From contig NC_045696.1 of NCBI RefSeq assembly GCF_009834535.1, positions 1,738,001-1,802,000 of the forward strand: DNA of 64,000 nt, given 5' to 3'. The position numbers were made by a program, and so were the translations under genes. Under the pieces are notes generated by a model. It saw nothing but the letters and a program-made list of their open reading frames with translations, was not told the origin of the DNA and searched no databases. Positions 1 through 19,133 of the stretch are shown here, in pieces (within the stretch, counting starts at the first letter, position 1; each line of letters opens with the position of its first letter). The stretch is from Camelus ferus (taxonomy: Eukaryota).

Positions 1-526
1 CCCGCAGGTTCCTGGGAGCCTTCCCGCCCTCGAGGGAGGCTGTCGGGCTCCAGATGTTCCTGGCTGCCAAGTCCCAGAAGCACCATCATCCCTGAGGTGC
101 TCCGGGGCGGCGCCAGGGGAGGGCTCCAGGGGAATTCCGCTCGGGAGGAGGGCAGGGAGGGCCCCCCCGGCCCAGCAGGTGCCTGGCTGCCTGGCTCTGC
201 TCTGGCACCAGGCGGGGTTTGACAGGGCTGTTTGATGTGGGAATTCTCTCCCTGAGGATCCCTAACACACTTAGAATCCAGGAGAGGCCTGACAGCAGGG
301 CCCGGGCCCATACACCCCCAGGGCAGGCTGGTGCAGCCCTGGGCGGGGGCTCCCCACCTAGTTGCTTCTGAGCTGGGGCGCAGCCACTTACTGAGGGCCC
401 AGATCCCAGCCCCACTCTGGGAGAGGCTGCTGGCAGCCAGGCGTGGGGAGGAGTGGTCACTACCAGGGAAGTGAATGTCAATGACTGTGACCCCGCGGGG
501 CCCCATGCAGGTCTCTGCCAGCCTCT

Positions 527-690
527 GGCCAGATGAAACACAGGACACTCAGTTCAATTTGAATTCCAGATAAACCACGAATAACTTTTTAGTAAAAACA
601 TGTCCCAAGTATTGAATGGGATGCACATAGACCAAAAAACTATTGTTTATCTGAAATTCAAGTTGAATGAGGTGCCCCCACCAGCTGGAC
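527..690. mobile_element. MER53-like palindromic hAT MITE in TSPEAR intron
   Basis: ccagatgaaacacaggacactcagttcaatttgaattccagataaac...gtttatctgaaattcaagttgaa has inverted arms and resembles the recalled MER53 consensus. Confidence 0.8.
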
Positions 691-964
691 ACACAGAGCG
701 GAGGCCAGGAGAGGGCCACACCCATCTGGATGCTTCTCCCTGCCTCATTGCCTCTGGCCACCTCCTGTCCTTCCTTGCCTCGGGGCGCCCTTCTCCCCCA
801 GTTCCAAAACCCAGGCAGCCCCTTCTCAGACCCCCATCGGCATGCCCCTCCACACTGGGGCTCAAGGCAAGTGAGCTGTCTGCGAGTGGGGTAACTGGGA
901 GCTGGAAGGAGGCCCTGGTGATCTCGGGGAGATCCCCTCCTCAGACCACTCTGGCCCCTTGTCC

Positions 965-1225
965 TGTGTGGGTGTGCATGCGTGCACTCAGGAGTGTGTC
1001 TGTACACGTGCAGGCTGCGTGCACATATACACAGGTGCATGTGTGCAGACACGCGTGTGCATAAACCATGTGTGCCTGCAGGTGTGTTTGTACACACGTG
1101 TGCTTGCAGGTGTGTACACATGTATGCATGCAGGACTGTGTATATGCAGCTGTGCGTACAGGTGTGCGGGCATGCAGGTGTGTGTATACGTGTGGCTCAC
1201 ATGCATGTGCGTGCAGGCGTGTGCA
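965..1225. repeat. Degenerate (TG/CA)n simple repeat
   Basis: Continuous gtgtgcatgc/gtgtacac-type units. Confidence 0.9.
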
Positions 1226-2574
1226 CTTCCCTCTGACGTGGTTTCGTCAGTATAGGGTGGGTGGCGCCCATGATCTGGCGCCTGCTGCCCCGGGCGGTTT
1301 CTGCAACTTGGGGGAGCTGGCCTGTGTGTCACTCCCCACACTCGTGCTGTCTCTGTGATGCAGCCACAGAGCCGGTGGTGCTGAGGCCTCCCGGCCCCGA
1401 GCGTCTCCAGCCGCTGGGAAGTTGTGGGGTGGCCCGGGGACAGACGTAGTGTCCCCTCATGGAGCCACGGTGGCCTCAGCCCAGCTCCTGGCCCGGCGAG
1501 GGGTCAGCGATGCCAGGTGGCCTGGTCCCTTGTCCTTGTCCTAGTGGGTTAGTCTTTCAGCTTGAACTCACTCCTGCTCCCCAGGAAGGGTTCAGGCCAG
1601 TTCTAGAGCAGCTCTCAGCCAACGCGCAGGCAGCGGCGCCCTCTGCTGGGCTTGGAGAAAACACCAAGCGAGGCCGCGGGGCACCGGGACCCTGAGGGAC
1701 GAGGACAGCACACAGCTGTGTGAGCGGCAGGTCCTCAGTCTACAGCTGGAGAAGTGACGTCCTGGTTGGTGACTCACGTGTGGAGGAGGGGCAGCCACAG
1801 ACCCGCCCTCCCCGGTCTGGGTAAAGGGAAGCAGAGCCGCTTCCCACGTGGCCCGGGGATGAGAGTGTCCCTCCAGCACCAGCCGCGTGGGCATCAGGCA
1901 AAGCCAGGGAGAGATGCGTTGGCAGATCCGAGTGGCTTCTGTGTCGTGACCAGGTCTGCCCCCGCCAGGACCACCTGCCTCTGGGGACACACAGTGTCCT
2001 CAGGAAGCAGGCTGGTCCCAAGCCAGCCCACTCGCAGCTTTGGACATCTCTGTGTTCCCAGGTTCAACTCCTTGTCTGTACAACCAGTTGGAGCCCAGCA
2101 CCAGATCCACTCTGACAACCACTGCTCTGCAAACACGGACAACCATCCCTGTCCCTGTGGGCACGAGATGGCCCGGTGGAGGGCAGCCTCTCCAGGGTGC
2201 CCCAAATGCCGTCCGAAAGCACCTAAGCCATGTTTCTCCTTGCTGCAGAGGTGGCTGTGGGACACCGATCTCTGGGTCTGGTTACCCCGTTCCAGCTTCC
2301 CAGCAGCCGCAAAGTCTGATGTTACCACCAGGACGAAGGCACCAAACCTCCACCTGCCGTTGCATCCTTGCCCTCACGCAGTCCCTTTAGGCTGGGAGGT
2401 GCGGCCCCGCGTCCACTGGGGGAGGGAAGAGAGGGCCTGTCCACCCCTCTGACCACGCACACTGAGCGTCCTCCTGGCCGCCAGCTTGGCCGCCCCCAAG
2501 GATGTAACACTACCGGGAAACAGGCTCGTGTTCCACTGGGCAAAGAGCCGACGTCTTCTAGAGCTCTTTTGTAG

Positions 2575-3500
2575 GCACATGCGATGAAATGGTCAGATGT
2601 TAAGTTTGATTATTCCATCAAGTGTATACGCCCTCCAACTACCTCAGTCAAAGTATAGAGCATTTTCCTCACTCCCAAAACGTGCCCCCTTGCAGTCAAC
2701 AGCCCCTCGTTCCCGCCCGCACGGGCACCCACCGGTGACTTCCGTGACTAGCCATTTCTCCTGCTGGATCCTTTCTGAGTCAGACCACGGGCGCCGCTGG
2801 CCATGCACGTGGGTTTGGCTGAGGCACGCTTGTTGCGTGAATATGCTCATTTCCATTTGTCCACCTGTCCTGCTGATGGGCACCTGAGCTGTGTCCAGCT
2901 TTTCACTATTATGAATCAATCTACTAAGGGCATCTTATAAGAAGGCTTTCTGGGGGCAAGTGTTTTTATTTCTCTTGAGTGAGAACCTGGGAGTGGAATT
3001 CTGGGTCATAAGATAGGCGGATGTTTAACTTATAAGGAAATTGCCGGGCAGTTTTCCAAAGCAGCTGTACCGTTTCATATACTCCCGTGAACAGTGTGTG
3101 AGTTCCAATCACCCCACATTCTTACCAACATCGGTTTTGTCTGTGTTTTTAGTTTTACTCATTGGGTGTGAGTGGCATCGCTGCATGGTTTTTAAGTCAC
3201 AATCCCCTGGTGACGAGTGATAGTGAGTGCCTTTCCGGGCACCTGCTAGAGTCCCATCTGCAAAACACCTATTCAGGTCTTTTGCCCATATTTTAATCTG
3301 CGTTGCCTTTTCATTATTGACATTCAGGAGTTCCTTATATATTCTGGATGCAAGCCCTTTGTCACGTATACAGTCTTCTATCTCCTCTTTGCAGTGTTAA
3401 TTCAGTGTGTTGCTCCAGTAATCACAACATACGTGTTCAACTTGCTACAATCTATTTTGAATTAATATTATACTTTACACATAATGTAATAACCATATAT
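2575..3500 (-). mobile_element. Old L1 (L1M-type) 3' fragments
   Basis: Antisense L1 3'-end motifs such as gagtggaattctgggtcata, tttgcccatatttt, tatattctggatgcaagccctttgtca; boundaries approximate. Confidence 0.6.
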
Positions 3501-4861
3501 AATCACACATAAATGTACTCACAGCATGATTTCATTTATCCCTACCCGGCTACCAGGGTACTGTGTGCGCATATATGCTCACAGTTGCGCTCAGGTTACA
3601 AGCTCCACAATTTGTCGTTATTTTTACTGCAAAGCCTTTACACCCACGTGCCCGCCATTCCCAGCGCCCTCTGTGTCCTTCCTGCAGACTGTAACCTCCG
3701 TCAGCCTCCAGCCTTCCCAGCACCCCTCAGTACTGCTTAGAAAGCGGGTCTGCTGGCAACCCCTCCTACCACTTTTATCTGAAAATGACTTTATTTTACT
3801 GCGAGGGTTATTTTCACTGTAGAATTCTGGGTTCACGTTTTTCTTTCATTTACTTTAGAGACATTTTTCTGTGGACATGGCACTTCTGTTGTTCCCAGTG
3901 AGGTCGGGTGCCACCGACCTTGTAATGGATGTGTCTTTTCCTCTGGCAGCTTCTGAGACAGTCTCTTTCCCTTCCATTCCCATCTGTTTGAGTGTGATGT
4001 GTCCGGGTGTGGGGTTTTTGTGTTTATTCTGCTTGGGGTCTCTTATTTCCTTTAGTCTGTGGTTTGGTGGTTTTAATTAAATTTGGAAGATTAGCCATCA
4101 TTTATTTTTCCTTTCTTTTCTCTCTCTCTCTTTTCTCTCCTTCCTGTCTTCCTACTTTCCTCCCTTTCTTCCTTCCCTCCCTTTCTCCCTACTGTCACCC
4201 AATTACATGCATGCTGGACCGCGCTGTATGACCCACTGATCGGTGAGGCTCTGTTCACTTTTACTGTAAACTTTTTTCCCCCTTTCTGTGCTTTAATTCA
4301 AATAATTTCTGTTGGTCTGTCTTCTAGTGCACTGATTCTTTCTTTTGGATTGCCCAAGTAGCTCTTGATCCCATCCAATAGTCCAGCCCTGCTGCCCCCC
4401 GCACACCTCACTCCCCAGGTGCTAAGTGATTTTGGAGGAACAGCATGCACAGGAACCCAGCGATGGGGCTGTCCGTAGAACCAAGGAGACCCTCAGGCCA
4501 GGGACGGCATGTAGTAAGAAACACCAGAGGCACCTAGGCGTCGCTTCGGAGTTCGGAGCCAGGCGGGAGGGAGCAGGGAGGACTCCCTGGAAGAGGTGTT
4601 CAGCAGCCGGACCTCGCAGGGCCGGCAGCATTGGGGCGTGGGTAGTAGGGGGTGCAGGTGGTAAGCAGCCGTCCAGCAGATGATCTCCTCGGGTCCGGGC
4701 AGGCGTGGGTGACACGGACGATGAGGCTGGGAGAGAAAAGCCAGCGCGGAGGGGCGCCTGCCGGGTGCCTGGCGCGAGGCTGAGGCTGGGGCCTCGTGGC
4801 TGGCTATTCTGAGGGTCTCTCCGTTCACGCGCGCTCCCTGCCCCCCTTCTCTTGGTCCCAG

Positions 4862-10451
<5,590 letters not shown>

Positions 10452-12182
10452 TGGGCCCGGGGCCCCAGGGCCAGGACCACCTGGCCGCACCCCAGAATCC
10501 CACCCGAGAAGCTCTGGAACCTCCGGGGGTGGAGGTGGGGGGGACGAGCCTGGGAGAAGCCATGGCTTCCAGAGTTGCCAGCTTGCCATCCCCAGTCTTG
10601 TCCAGCCAGGGGCATCGTCCCCTCCGCCCTGGTAACTGTGATGGCCCGATTCGGGCGGCTCCATGGGTGTCCAGGCAGAAGACCGGAGCTGCCCCTACAG
10701 GTCTGGTGTCATGCAGGGACTTTGCTTTAAGGGAAAAGTTCCTACAAAATTTTACCTCAAAAACAGCAGCCCTGTCACCTTGCCAGAGCAACCGCCACAC
10801 AGCTGGACGGGGCCTGGCCAGGGAGCCCAGCGGGGCCTGCTCGGTGCTGTCCGACACACTTGTACCAGCTATTTATTGTGTCCTGTCTACACTGAAATAT
10901 ATTTATGATGCTTTTTACAAAAGCGCTGCTGCTTCTGCGTGTGTCTGGCGGGGACTCGACCCATGGCGAGTGCATCCCAGGCTGAGGACTCACTCTGCCA
11001 CTGCAGCCTGATGTGCCCCCAGGTCCCTCGTCACCAGCGCACCTCTCCTGTGCTGGAAGTTCCTCCTCCAGCCTCAGTTTACCCATGAACGCTGTGGGGT
11101 GGGGTCGGGTCAGGAATCCCAAGCAAGCATGGCATGGTCCTGTCTCCTCTCTGAGGCCACACCCATGGGAGACCCCTGGGTGATGGGACCCTCATGCCTC
11201 TGCACCCAGGCTGGCCTTCTGGGGTGTGGGATGGACTGGAATGCCTCCTTGGGCCTGCACTTGCCCAGCTCCTCCGACGTCCGGTGCCCTGACCTCACAC
11301 CAGGCATGGCCTCCTGCCTCCCTGGGACAGCTGCTAGGTGTGACGTGACACCCTGGAAACCAGGTGGGGAGGGGAGGTGCCACCCCTGCCCCGGGCAGCC
11401 TCCTAGCTGGAAGGGAAAGTCCCTGTGCCAGGAGTTTCCCCGGAAGGCCCAGTGGGGTCCACGCGCAGCCAGGACCTATTCCGTGGCCCACCCCCAGCCT
11501 GCTCTGGCGTGGGGCGTGGGAGCCAGGGGCTCAGCGGCAGGAAGGCCTCATGCTCTGTTTACGGCTCTGCTGTTTCCGCTTTAAAATTCTCACTGTCCTT
11601 TGCCCAGGATCGCACAGTCAGGGCCAGGGAGGCAGCTGCAGCCAGCCCGAGTCCTGGATCCCCCGGTCAGCTCCACGCAACATCTGGGTCGGCCCAGCTG
11701 CCCCAGGAAGGAGCCCTGTCCTGAGCCCGCTCCCTCTCAGTCCAGACCACACTTGGAACCTCAAAGCTGTTACCAGGGCCCTCCTGATTTCCCAAAGTGG
11801 AGATTTTTCAAGAGCCTGCTTCAGGCCTGTTGGTGGGCCATGTGCTTCTGGGAGGCTGGGGCTGAGCTCGGACAAAGATGACCCCTGCCCATGGGGAATG
11901 GCAAAGAGAGGGGAGTGGGGGCGGGGGGTGTGGGCCAGGACAGGGGGCCTGTGTGAAAGAGAAGTCCCAGGGCTAGAGTGTCCCCAGGGTAAGTCTGTGG
12001 GCACGGAACCCCCCTCCCCTGTCTACACTCAGTATTTGTGCCCTTCGCTGCAACAGCCCCCACCCCCCGGCCCTGCTGTCACTGTCCCAAAGGCCTGGCT
12101 GTATCCCTGCCTTGGGCAGCCAGGGGCCCTAGTGGGTCTGGGCCATGGGTTGGATCTGCTGGTCCAGGGAGGGTATGTTGAA

Positions 12183-12345
12183 GGTGCCAGATAAAAATGC
12201 AGGATCTCTGGTTAAATTTGAATTACAGATACACAGTAAATGCTTTTTAAGAAATACATACCCCAAATATTGCATAGAACACGTACTAAAGGAATATTTG
12301 GTGTATATATGAAGTTCAGGTTCAGGTGGGTGTCCTGGTTTGGTT
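12183..12345. mobile_element. MER53-like palindromic MITE (second copy)
   Basis: ggtgccagataaaaatgcagga...gttaaatttgaattacagata...gaagttcaggttcaggtgggtgtcctg; similar to the copy at 527-690. Confidence 0.75.
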
Positions 12346-12729
12346 TCGGTTTGCTCACCACCCACCCTCCCAGAAGGGATGTGGCGACAAGCCATGGCCC
12401 TTGCGGTCTGCTGGATGTTCTGATTTTAAGTGGGATTTGAGGGAGGACATGAGCAGCTTGTGAGACGAACCAAAGAAGGGCCATGGGCCCGGGGGCCTGC
12501 AGAGAGGCGCCTCAGGCACGGTTGGCTGGGAGCAGTGGCCCCTCACCCAGGGGCTCCTGCCACAGGTGGGTCCCCAGAGACCTGGGATGGTTGACTTGTG
12601 TGTGTCTGGGTGAGACGAACACTTAAATCAGTGGACACTGAGTAAAGAGCGAGCCGGCCACAGTGTGGGGGCCTTGCCCAGCTAGTGGCACCCCTTCACC
12701 TGCCACCAGCATGCAGCCCCACCCTCTGC

Positions 12730-12927
12730 CACACCCCCACACGTATACACACACATCTGCACACCCCCACACGTGCACACATTTGCATAAACACACTCAC
12801 AAGGAAACGCACTCCACCCATGTGCACACACATGGACACACAGCCACACACCCCACACGTGCACACACACACAAACTCACACACTTACATCTGTGCACAC
12901 ACATGCATACACACATGTGCACACACG
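12730..12927. repeat. Degenerate (CA)n simple repeat
   Basis: cacacacatctgcacacccccacacgtgcacac units. Confidence 0.9.
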
Positions 12928-13368
12928 TCTTCCAGTCCCTTCCTGCCTGGGGCTGCGTCTCAGGCAACTCCCCTGGGTCCGGCACAGAGCGGAGGCTCAG
13001 TGCTGCCTGATGGTCTAGGTGGCTGTGACTGTGTGCTCTCACGCTGAGTGTCTGCTGTGTGCCAGCTGCCCCGCTGGACCTGGGGACACACACATGACCA
13101 CACAGTCCTGGCCACGCTTAAACCGTCCAGTGACTAGAGCCCAGATTCCTCAGCGTGACCTCCAGGCCCTGCAGGACCACTGGTTGCCTCCCCCTCCCCT
13201 GCCCCTGCCCGGCCCCCTCCTCCCTCAGGCTGGCCTCCCTTGTCCTTCATCTCAGCTTGACATTGCCCCTCAGAGACGGCCCACACCGCCCCGCACATGA
13301 CTGCCCACAAAACACTTCCTTTCCTCCTCTGGAATTTTAGTGCGGATGCTCCAGATGCTCCCAGCTTC

Positions 13369-13471
13369 CCCAGGGTGCAGGTGCTCCAGGTGCTCCCCAC
13401 CTCCCCGCCTCCCCAGGGTGCAGGTGCTCCAGGGGCTCCCAGCCCCCCCGGGGTGCAGGTGCTCCAGGTGC
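13369..13471. repeat. Short minisatellite: three copies of gggtgcaggtgctccagg with C-rich spacers
   Basis: Three direct copies seen; reflected in the HLEHLHPG repeats of the ORF track. Confidence 0.8.
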
Positions 13472-14954
13472 ACACTGCTGAGAAGACACAGTCCAGCAGG
13501 ACTGTGAAAAGCACAGCTCTCCGGTCAGACAGAGAAGAGTTATTACCCTGGTTCTTCCACTCACTGTTTGAGCAAGTTACTGAATCCCCACACCCTGGTG
13601 CCCAGATCCCCCCAGGTCTAACATAGGGAGGAGGACTCTCGTCCCTTGCGCTACGGTAAGGATTACGTGTTGTGAGTGCCGGGCGGCCCCAGCACAGTTC
13701 CCAGACACGTGGGCAACTGCAGTGCCCACGTCATTGTCACTGACCTGCCACCTCTATTTCCTGGACAAAATTGGACTTAAACCACATTTGGAAGAAAACG
13801 ATGGACTTGCTCTACTTTTGGACGTAGATTCATTGATGTGAACCACATGCTGCAAATCGAAGCTGTCAGTGCCGTGTAATGCCTGAGGACGGTTTCTTCA
13901 CCAGCAGAAAGGCAGTTAATATGAGGAGAGCCCTTAAAATAATCCACTACGCCAATAGCATGTGAGCAAACCCAGGGAAGCGCATCTCAGTGAGGCCTGT
14001 GGTTCTTTTTATGACTCTGAAATATTATTTTTAATTTTGTTAGGGACCCTTATCTTCACATAATTTTATTTTGATTTAATGTATTTAATTTTATTTAATT
14101 AAAATGCACAGACCTTAAACGTTCTGTTTGGTGAGCTTTGCCAACTGCACCTGTGCACGCACTGGCTCCCAAACAAGGCTGGAGTGTTTCCGGCCCACAG
14201 GAGCCCCCCGCGCCCCTGTGGCCGGTCCCTCCTCCGCCACCTGCTCTCTGTGGCGGGAGGTTCTAGTCTGTTTCCCTTTCAGCTTAGTGCTTCTGACTTT
14301 CATCCGCATTGTTGCGCCCACAGTTTCTTCACTTTCACTGCCGGTTTTCACGGCTCGCTTTGTGGCTTTGCTCCATCGTGTGAATATCCCATCACTTGTT
14401 TACCGGTTCTCCTACTGATCTGCTTTGGGGTGGCTGCCGTCTGGGGCTGTGGTAAACATGTTGAATAATTTTGTGTGGACACGTGTGTTTATTTCTCTTG
14501 GTAAATATCCGGCAGCAGAACTTCACTTTGTAACAAATCAGACGGTTCTCCAAAGCGGGGACCCTCTTCCATGTCTGTAATTCATGGTAACAGAGAAGCA
14601 CTCAGGCCGGTGGCCAGCAGTACAGTTACCGTCAGACACGGGAGCCCTCGGATTATAATCAGGGACGCACCAGGGGCCTGGTGGCACCACTGTTTACGCA
14701 CCAAAGTCCAGGCAGTTCTGGCCTCTGCGGTGAGAGCAAAGGGCAGAGAGACGCTGTGTGAGAAAGGAGACAGACAGTGATGCCCTGCAGTCTCTGCCTG
14801 ATGGAACCTGCTAGAAACAGTACGAGGACTTTGTGGGTTCAGTTGACCACTAAACATGTGTAAGGATCAGAGCCCACCCTACTCGTCCTGTGTCGAGAGG
14901 ACAGCAGACTGGCGCCACCAGCGTGCCCGCGAAGCAGCAGGTGGTCCATGCCTT

Positions 14955-15392
14955 CATTTCCCACGTTGCTGTGACAGATATCACGCACCTAAAATAACGG
15001 AACAACGTTGTCTCCCCGTCCTGGAGGTCGGAGGTCCCTTCCAGGTCTCACTGGACATAATCAAGGTGTGGGCAGGGTTGGTTCCTTCTGAGGCTCCAGG
15101 GGAGAGTGTCTCCCGCCTTTTTCAGCTTCGAGGTGGGCCCACGTGCTTGGCTCACAGCCCCTCCTGCACCTTCGCTGCCGGCCGCAGGCAGTGGCGTCCC
15201 TATCACGCCACCTCCTCTGTCTCTCTCTGCCTCGCCTTCTGCCTGTAACAACCCTGAAGGCCGCATGAGGCCCGCATGGACGATCCAGGATGCCATCCGT
15301 CTCCCGGGGTCAACGAGCCAGCAAGCCTGAGGCCCCCGCCTGTGCAGCGTAACGTACTCACAGGTTCGGGGCCCGGAACGGGGTTCTTCGAG
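14955..15392 (-). mobile_element. MLT1-family (ERVL-MaLR) solo LTR
   Basis: aatcaaggtgtgggcagggttggttccttctgaggctccaggggagag...gtaacgtactcacaggttc is typical of antisense MLT1. Confidence 0.75.
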
Positions 15393-18300
15393 GGCTGCCA
15401 ACTGCTCCTGGGGTTCCGACCCCTCCTGACTTGTACCGCCTGGAAGAGCCGAGACCCCCTCCTGCCTGGTGTCCTGGAACCCCTCCTGTTCCCCAAGAGC
15501 TCACGGCCAGTCGGGAACTTTCCTGGGGCGGGGGTGAGGGTGAGGGAAGAGGACAGAGCTGCATTCAGTCACGTCCCTTGAGCTTTTCACCCGACAGAAT
15601 GATAACGTTCACAAGGATGCACAGTCTTCCCCGGACACAGCAGTACCTGGTTACAGCCGCCTGAACTCCCTGCAGACAGACATTAAGGAGGCCACAGAAA
15701 TCCGGCTGCAAGAGACAGGTGAAGACTTGGACAAATCTTCAAATTGACAACCTAACATCATCAAGATTTCCCCAGTTGCTCTGCAGTTTCATGCAGTGCC
15801 GGTCAAAATCCCAACGCTGCCCTTTTTAATTAATGCAGTGACCCATAAGAGCATCTCAAAGAAATAATAGGCAAAAACATTTTGAAAAAATGAGGGAAAG
15901 GTTGGACTCCAGGGATTAATTATACTAAAATTAAACAGTTCAACCTGGCATGGCGTAATTTGGAAAAATTAGAGTTACAGATGTTGTAAATAGAAGGTCT
16001 GGAATAGAATTTCTTTTTCCACTTGGAGGGAGAGTTTCTAAAGGGAAAAACGAAGGAAGTGAATGAAGTAAACGAAAAGGGAAGGCGAGACAGAAAGTTA
16101 CAGTGTTATGTGCAGTTGATATATTTGTTAAACACGTAACTTTGTATCTTTTAAAAATACAAACAAGTAGACTTGAGATGCCAGGGCAAACGGCAGAAAG
16201 GACTACAGACTGGGGCCGGCTTCACTCAGAAGTCAGTATTCGAGTCTGAGGAGCCTCACAAACGCAAACACGGCGCCCCACACAGGACACAAGCAAATAT
16301 TCATGGCAGAGGAAGTCTGACCGGTGGAAAACAGACTTAAGTCGGCCAGCTATGCCCACAGGTCATCGAGCAAATGTCACAACAGCAGGCGTCCCCAGGC
16401 CAGCCACGGTGACCAGGGCCTGACCAGCTCCTGCTCCTGGGGCTGCTAAACAGTTAAAAACTGAGCCAGGCGGCTCTTCTGTTTGCAAGTTGCCGGCCCG
16501 GAAAGCCTCAGTCTTGGTGTTCTGATTACTGCGACACCAGACTGGCAGGCTCTGATTCCAAGGCGACTTCTCAGCCTGGGGCGAGGACAGGAGGCTTGGT
16601 GTCCATTCTGAGTCCTTGATCCAGTGACCCCTGTGAGATTGCTAAGCCCGGGGGAACCTGGCAGGGAACTGGGGAACTGACCACATGCAGGGCCGCCTTC
16701 TGGCCAAGGCCACTAACCCCGGGTGATGACCACCCGCAGAGACTCAGCAGATCCCAGTCCTGGATTCCAGCCAGGCAAGGTCTGCCCTGGCTGGTTCCCA
16801 GAAGTGTGCTCAGGGAGGCTGCCAGCTGAGCCAAGACAGGGGGTTGCCAAGGGCTCTGGGGAGCAGGACTGCATGTGCCCACCCCAGGGGGCCACCTCCA
16901 GCTCACCCATGAGGGTGGAGGGGCTGCCCTGGTGGGGCCTGGCAGGGGCAGTGTCTCAGAGCTCTGCCAGGGGGCCTAGGTGCCCACCCCGAACACGGTC
17001 TCAGACAACGGGCCCCTCAGGGAATTCCAGCACAGAGATGACCGCTGCCCAGAGACGTCTCCAGGCCCCATCACTACTCTTCCAGAAGTCTGAGTGTGCG
17101 TGTGGTTGGGCAGGCATGAAAGGGATGCAGGCAGAGCCACGGCAAGCATTTTCACGGGGGTCCCTGCCCTGGGCTGGCCGGGCACTGGGAGTCAGATGTG
17201 ACTTGAAATAATAAGGGACTTTCAACAGGTGGCAACTCGGTGTCCTGACTCCGCTCTGAGAGCTACGCTTGCCACAGCTACAAATCGGGTGAACGTGGTC
17301 ACCGTATCGTTACACCAACGTGCTCTCCCTCTTTCGGGAAGTTCTCAGCATCTTAACTGCCCGCCTGCAGAGGCTTCATGGAGGCTGCGGGATATCTGTC
17401 TGCCGGTCACTGCTGCCCGGCAGCCTGGTCACACTCCAGCTGACCCCTCACCAGCTCACGTGCCCTTGGGCAAAGTCCACTACCACTCGGTGCCTCAGCC
17501 TCCCTGTCCACAGAGAGGGCTGGCTGCCAACACGGGCTCTGGGATGGGTGTCCTGGCCTAGCAGCCACTCTCCAACTACTCCCAGGCTGCTTCTCCCTCC
17601 ACTGCCTCTGCAGCCCTTCAAATGCCCCTCTTCTCCAAGAGCAGCTGGGCTCAGGAGGAAGATCGGCCAGTGTGCTGGTCGCTCTGGGGTGCTGACTCTT
17701 CACCTCACCTTGCAAGGAACACCAGGCAGGTGTGCAGTTGCCTCTGAAGGCCCAGCCTGGCAGCCAACACCACACCCACCCTCCTTCTAGCCGGTTGCCA
17801 TGGTTACAGAGGCAGACCCCCGGGGCACCCCATTCCCAGGGAGGGCACCCCTGCCCCCGGCCAGCACGGCTGCACGCAGGCAGGGGACTGGGGAGCCCAG
17901 GCTCTGCTCTGCCTCTCCCACGGGCTGTCCTTCACCGTGGTGCTAAACCCAGGACTTGCCTCTTTGTTTTGACAGCACTCCAGGGCCCGCGTTTCCTGAG
18001 TGAGAACTTCCAGGCCTGGGCGTCAGAAGGCTGGGATTCCAGCCCTGCTCTGCCCCCAGCAAACCGACTCCCGGGTCCCCGTCATTTCTCCCCTTGGGTC
18101 TCAGATTCTCAGGTTTCTCATCTGAAAATAGAAATCTTCCCGGCCGCACTAGGCCTGCTGTGAGAGTCAGCTGCGGGCAGACCCTGTCCTCGCGCCTTCT
18201 GCCCCTTCCCGGCCGGCGGGTGGCCCTGGGCCCGTCCTGGAGGCCTGAGCACTGATTTCACGCCTGGTTCCAAAGAGGCCGTTCAGCTCGGGCACCGCTG

Positions 18301-18604
18301 ATCCCCGAGTCTCATCGTGTCAGCACGTCAGCTCGTCCTCCGCCGGGGCCTCCCAAGCACAGCCTGCCCTCACTGACTCACCCAGCTGCCCTTCCCCCAA
18401 GCCGGGCCCGAAGCTGCCGCCCCCTGAAGAGACTTCTCTCCCAGTGCACGGTCCTTGCCTCCGATTCTGGCCCCGCACCCAGCCTGGCACGAGTGGGGCC
18501 CCCCCAAGGCCCCGGGTCAGGGGCCGGCAAGGCCTTCCCTCTCTGCAGCCTGTGGTGGGCGAGGCTGAGAGGGGCTCCAGACCTTCCCTGGACAGGGAGA
18601 GATG

Positions 18605-18860
18605 AATGTGTGTGTGTGCGTGTGTGCACCTGCCAGTGGGGACGTGTGCCAGTGTGTGGTGTATGGCCCTGTGTGAACACGAGAGTGAATCTGTACAACT
18701 AAACGTGAGTGGGCTCGCCTGGTGTGTGTGCACAGTGAACGTGAGTGTTTGTGCCTGCTGTGCACGTGTGCATGAGTGTGTGTGCAGGTGTGTGTGTAGG
18801 ACTGTGTCTGTGTTCACACAGCGGACGTGTGTAGTGGAGCGTGAGTGTCTGGTGTGTGCG
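18605..18860. repeat. Degenerate (TG)n simple repeat
   Basis: gtgtgtgtgcgtgtgtgcac units. Confidence 0.85.
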
Positions 18861-19133
18861 AGGACCATGGGGGCCAGCAGGGTGGGAGCTCCAGCGCCGC
18901 TGCGCCCCCACCGGCGGCACTCCCTGGGCCCTGGTCCGGGGGGAGCTCCTGTCTCACAGGAGAGGGGGTGAGGCCAACAGGAGAAGTGAGCCCTGTGGTC
19001 ACTCGGCCACAATGTTAAACAGACACTGAGCCCAGGAATCAGGACTCAGTGAGGACGAGCAAGGTGGCCATGGAGCCCAGGTGGCCATCTGCTCCGACCA
19101 CGCTGGCTGCTCTGTGTGGAGGCTGTGTCAGTC

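Noticed and set aside
941..1358. Cys/His/Val-rich ORFs resembling keratin-associated proteins (also ~12.7 kb and ~18.6 kb)
   Set aside because: Translations of (TG/CA)n repeats with no KRTAP CCxPx pentapeptides; the known KRTAP cluster lies in the first TSPEAR intron, outside this window.
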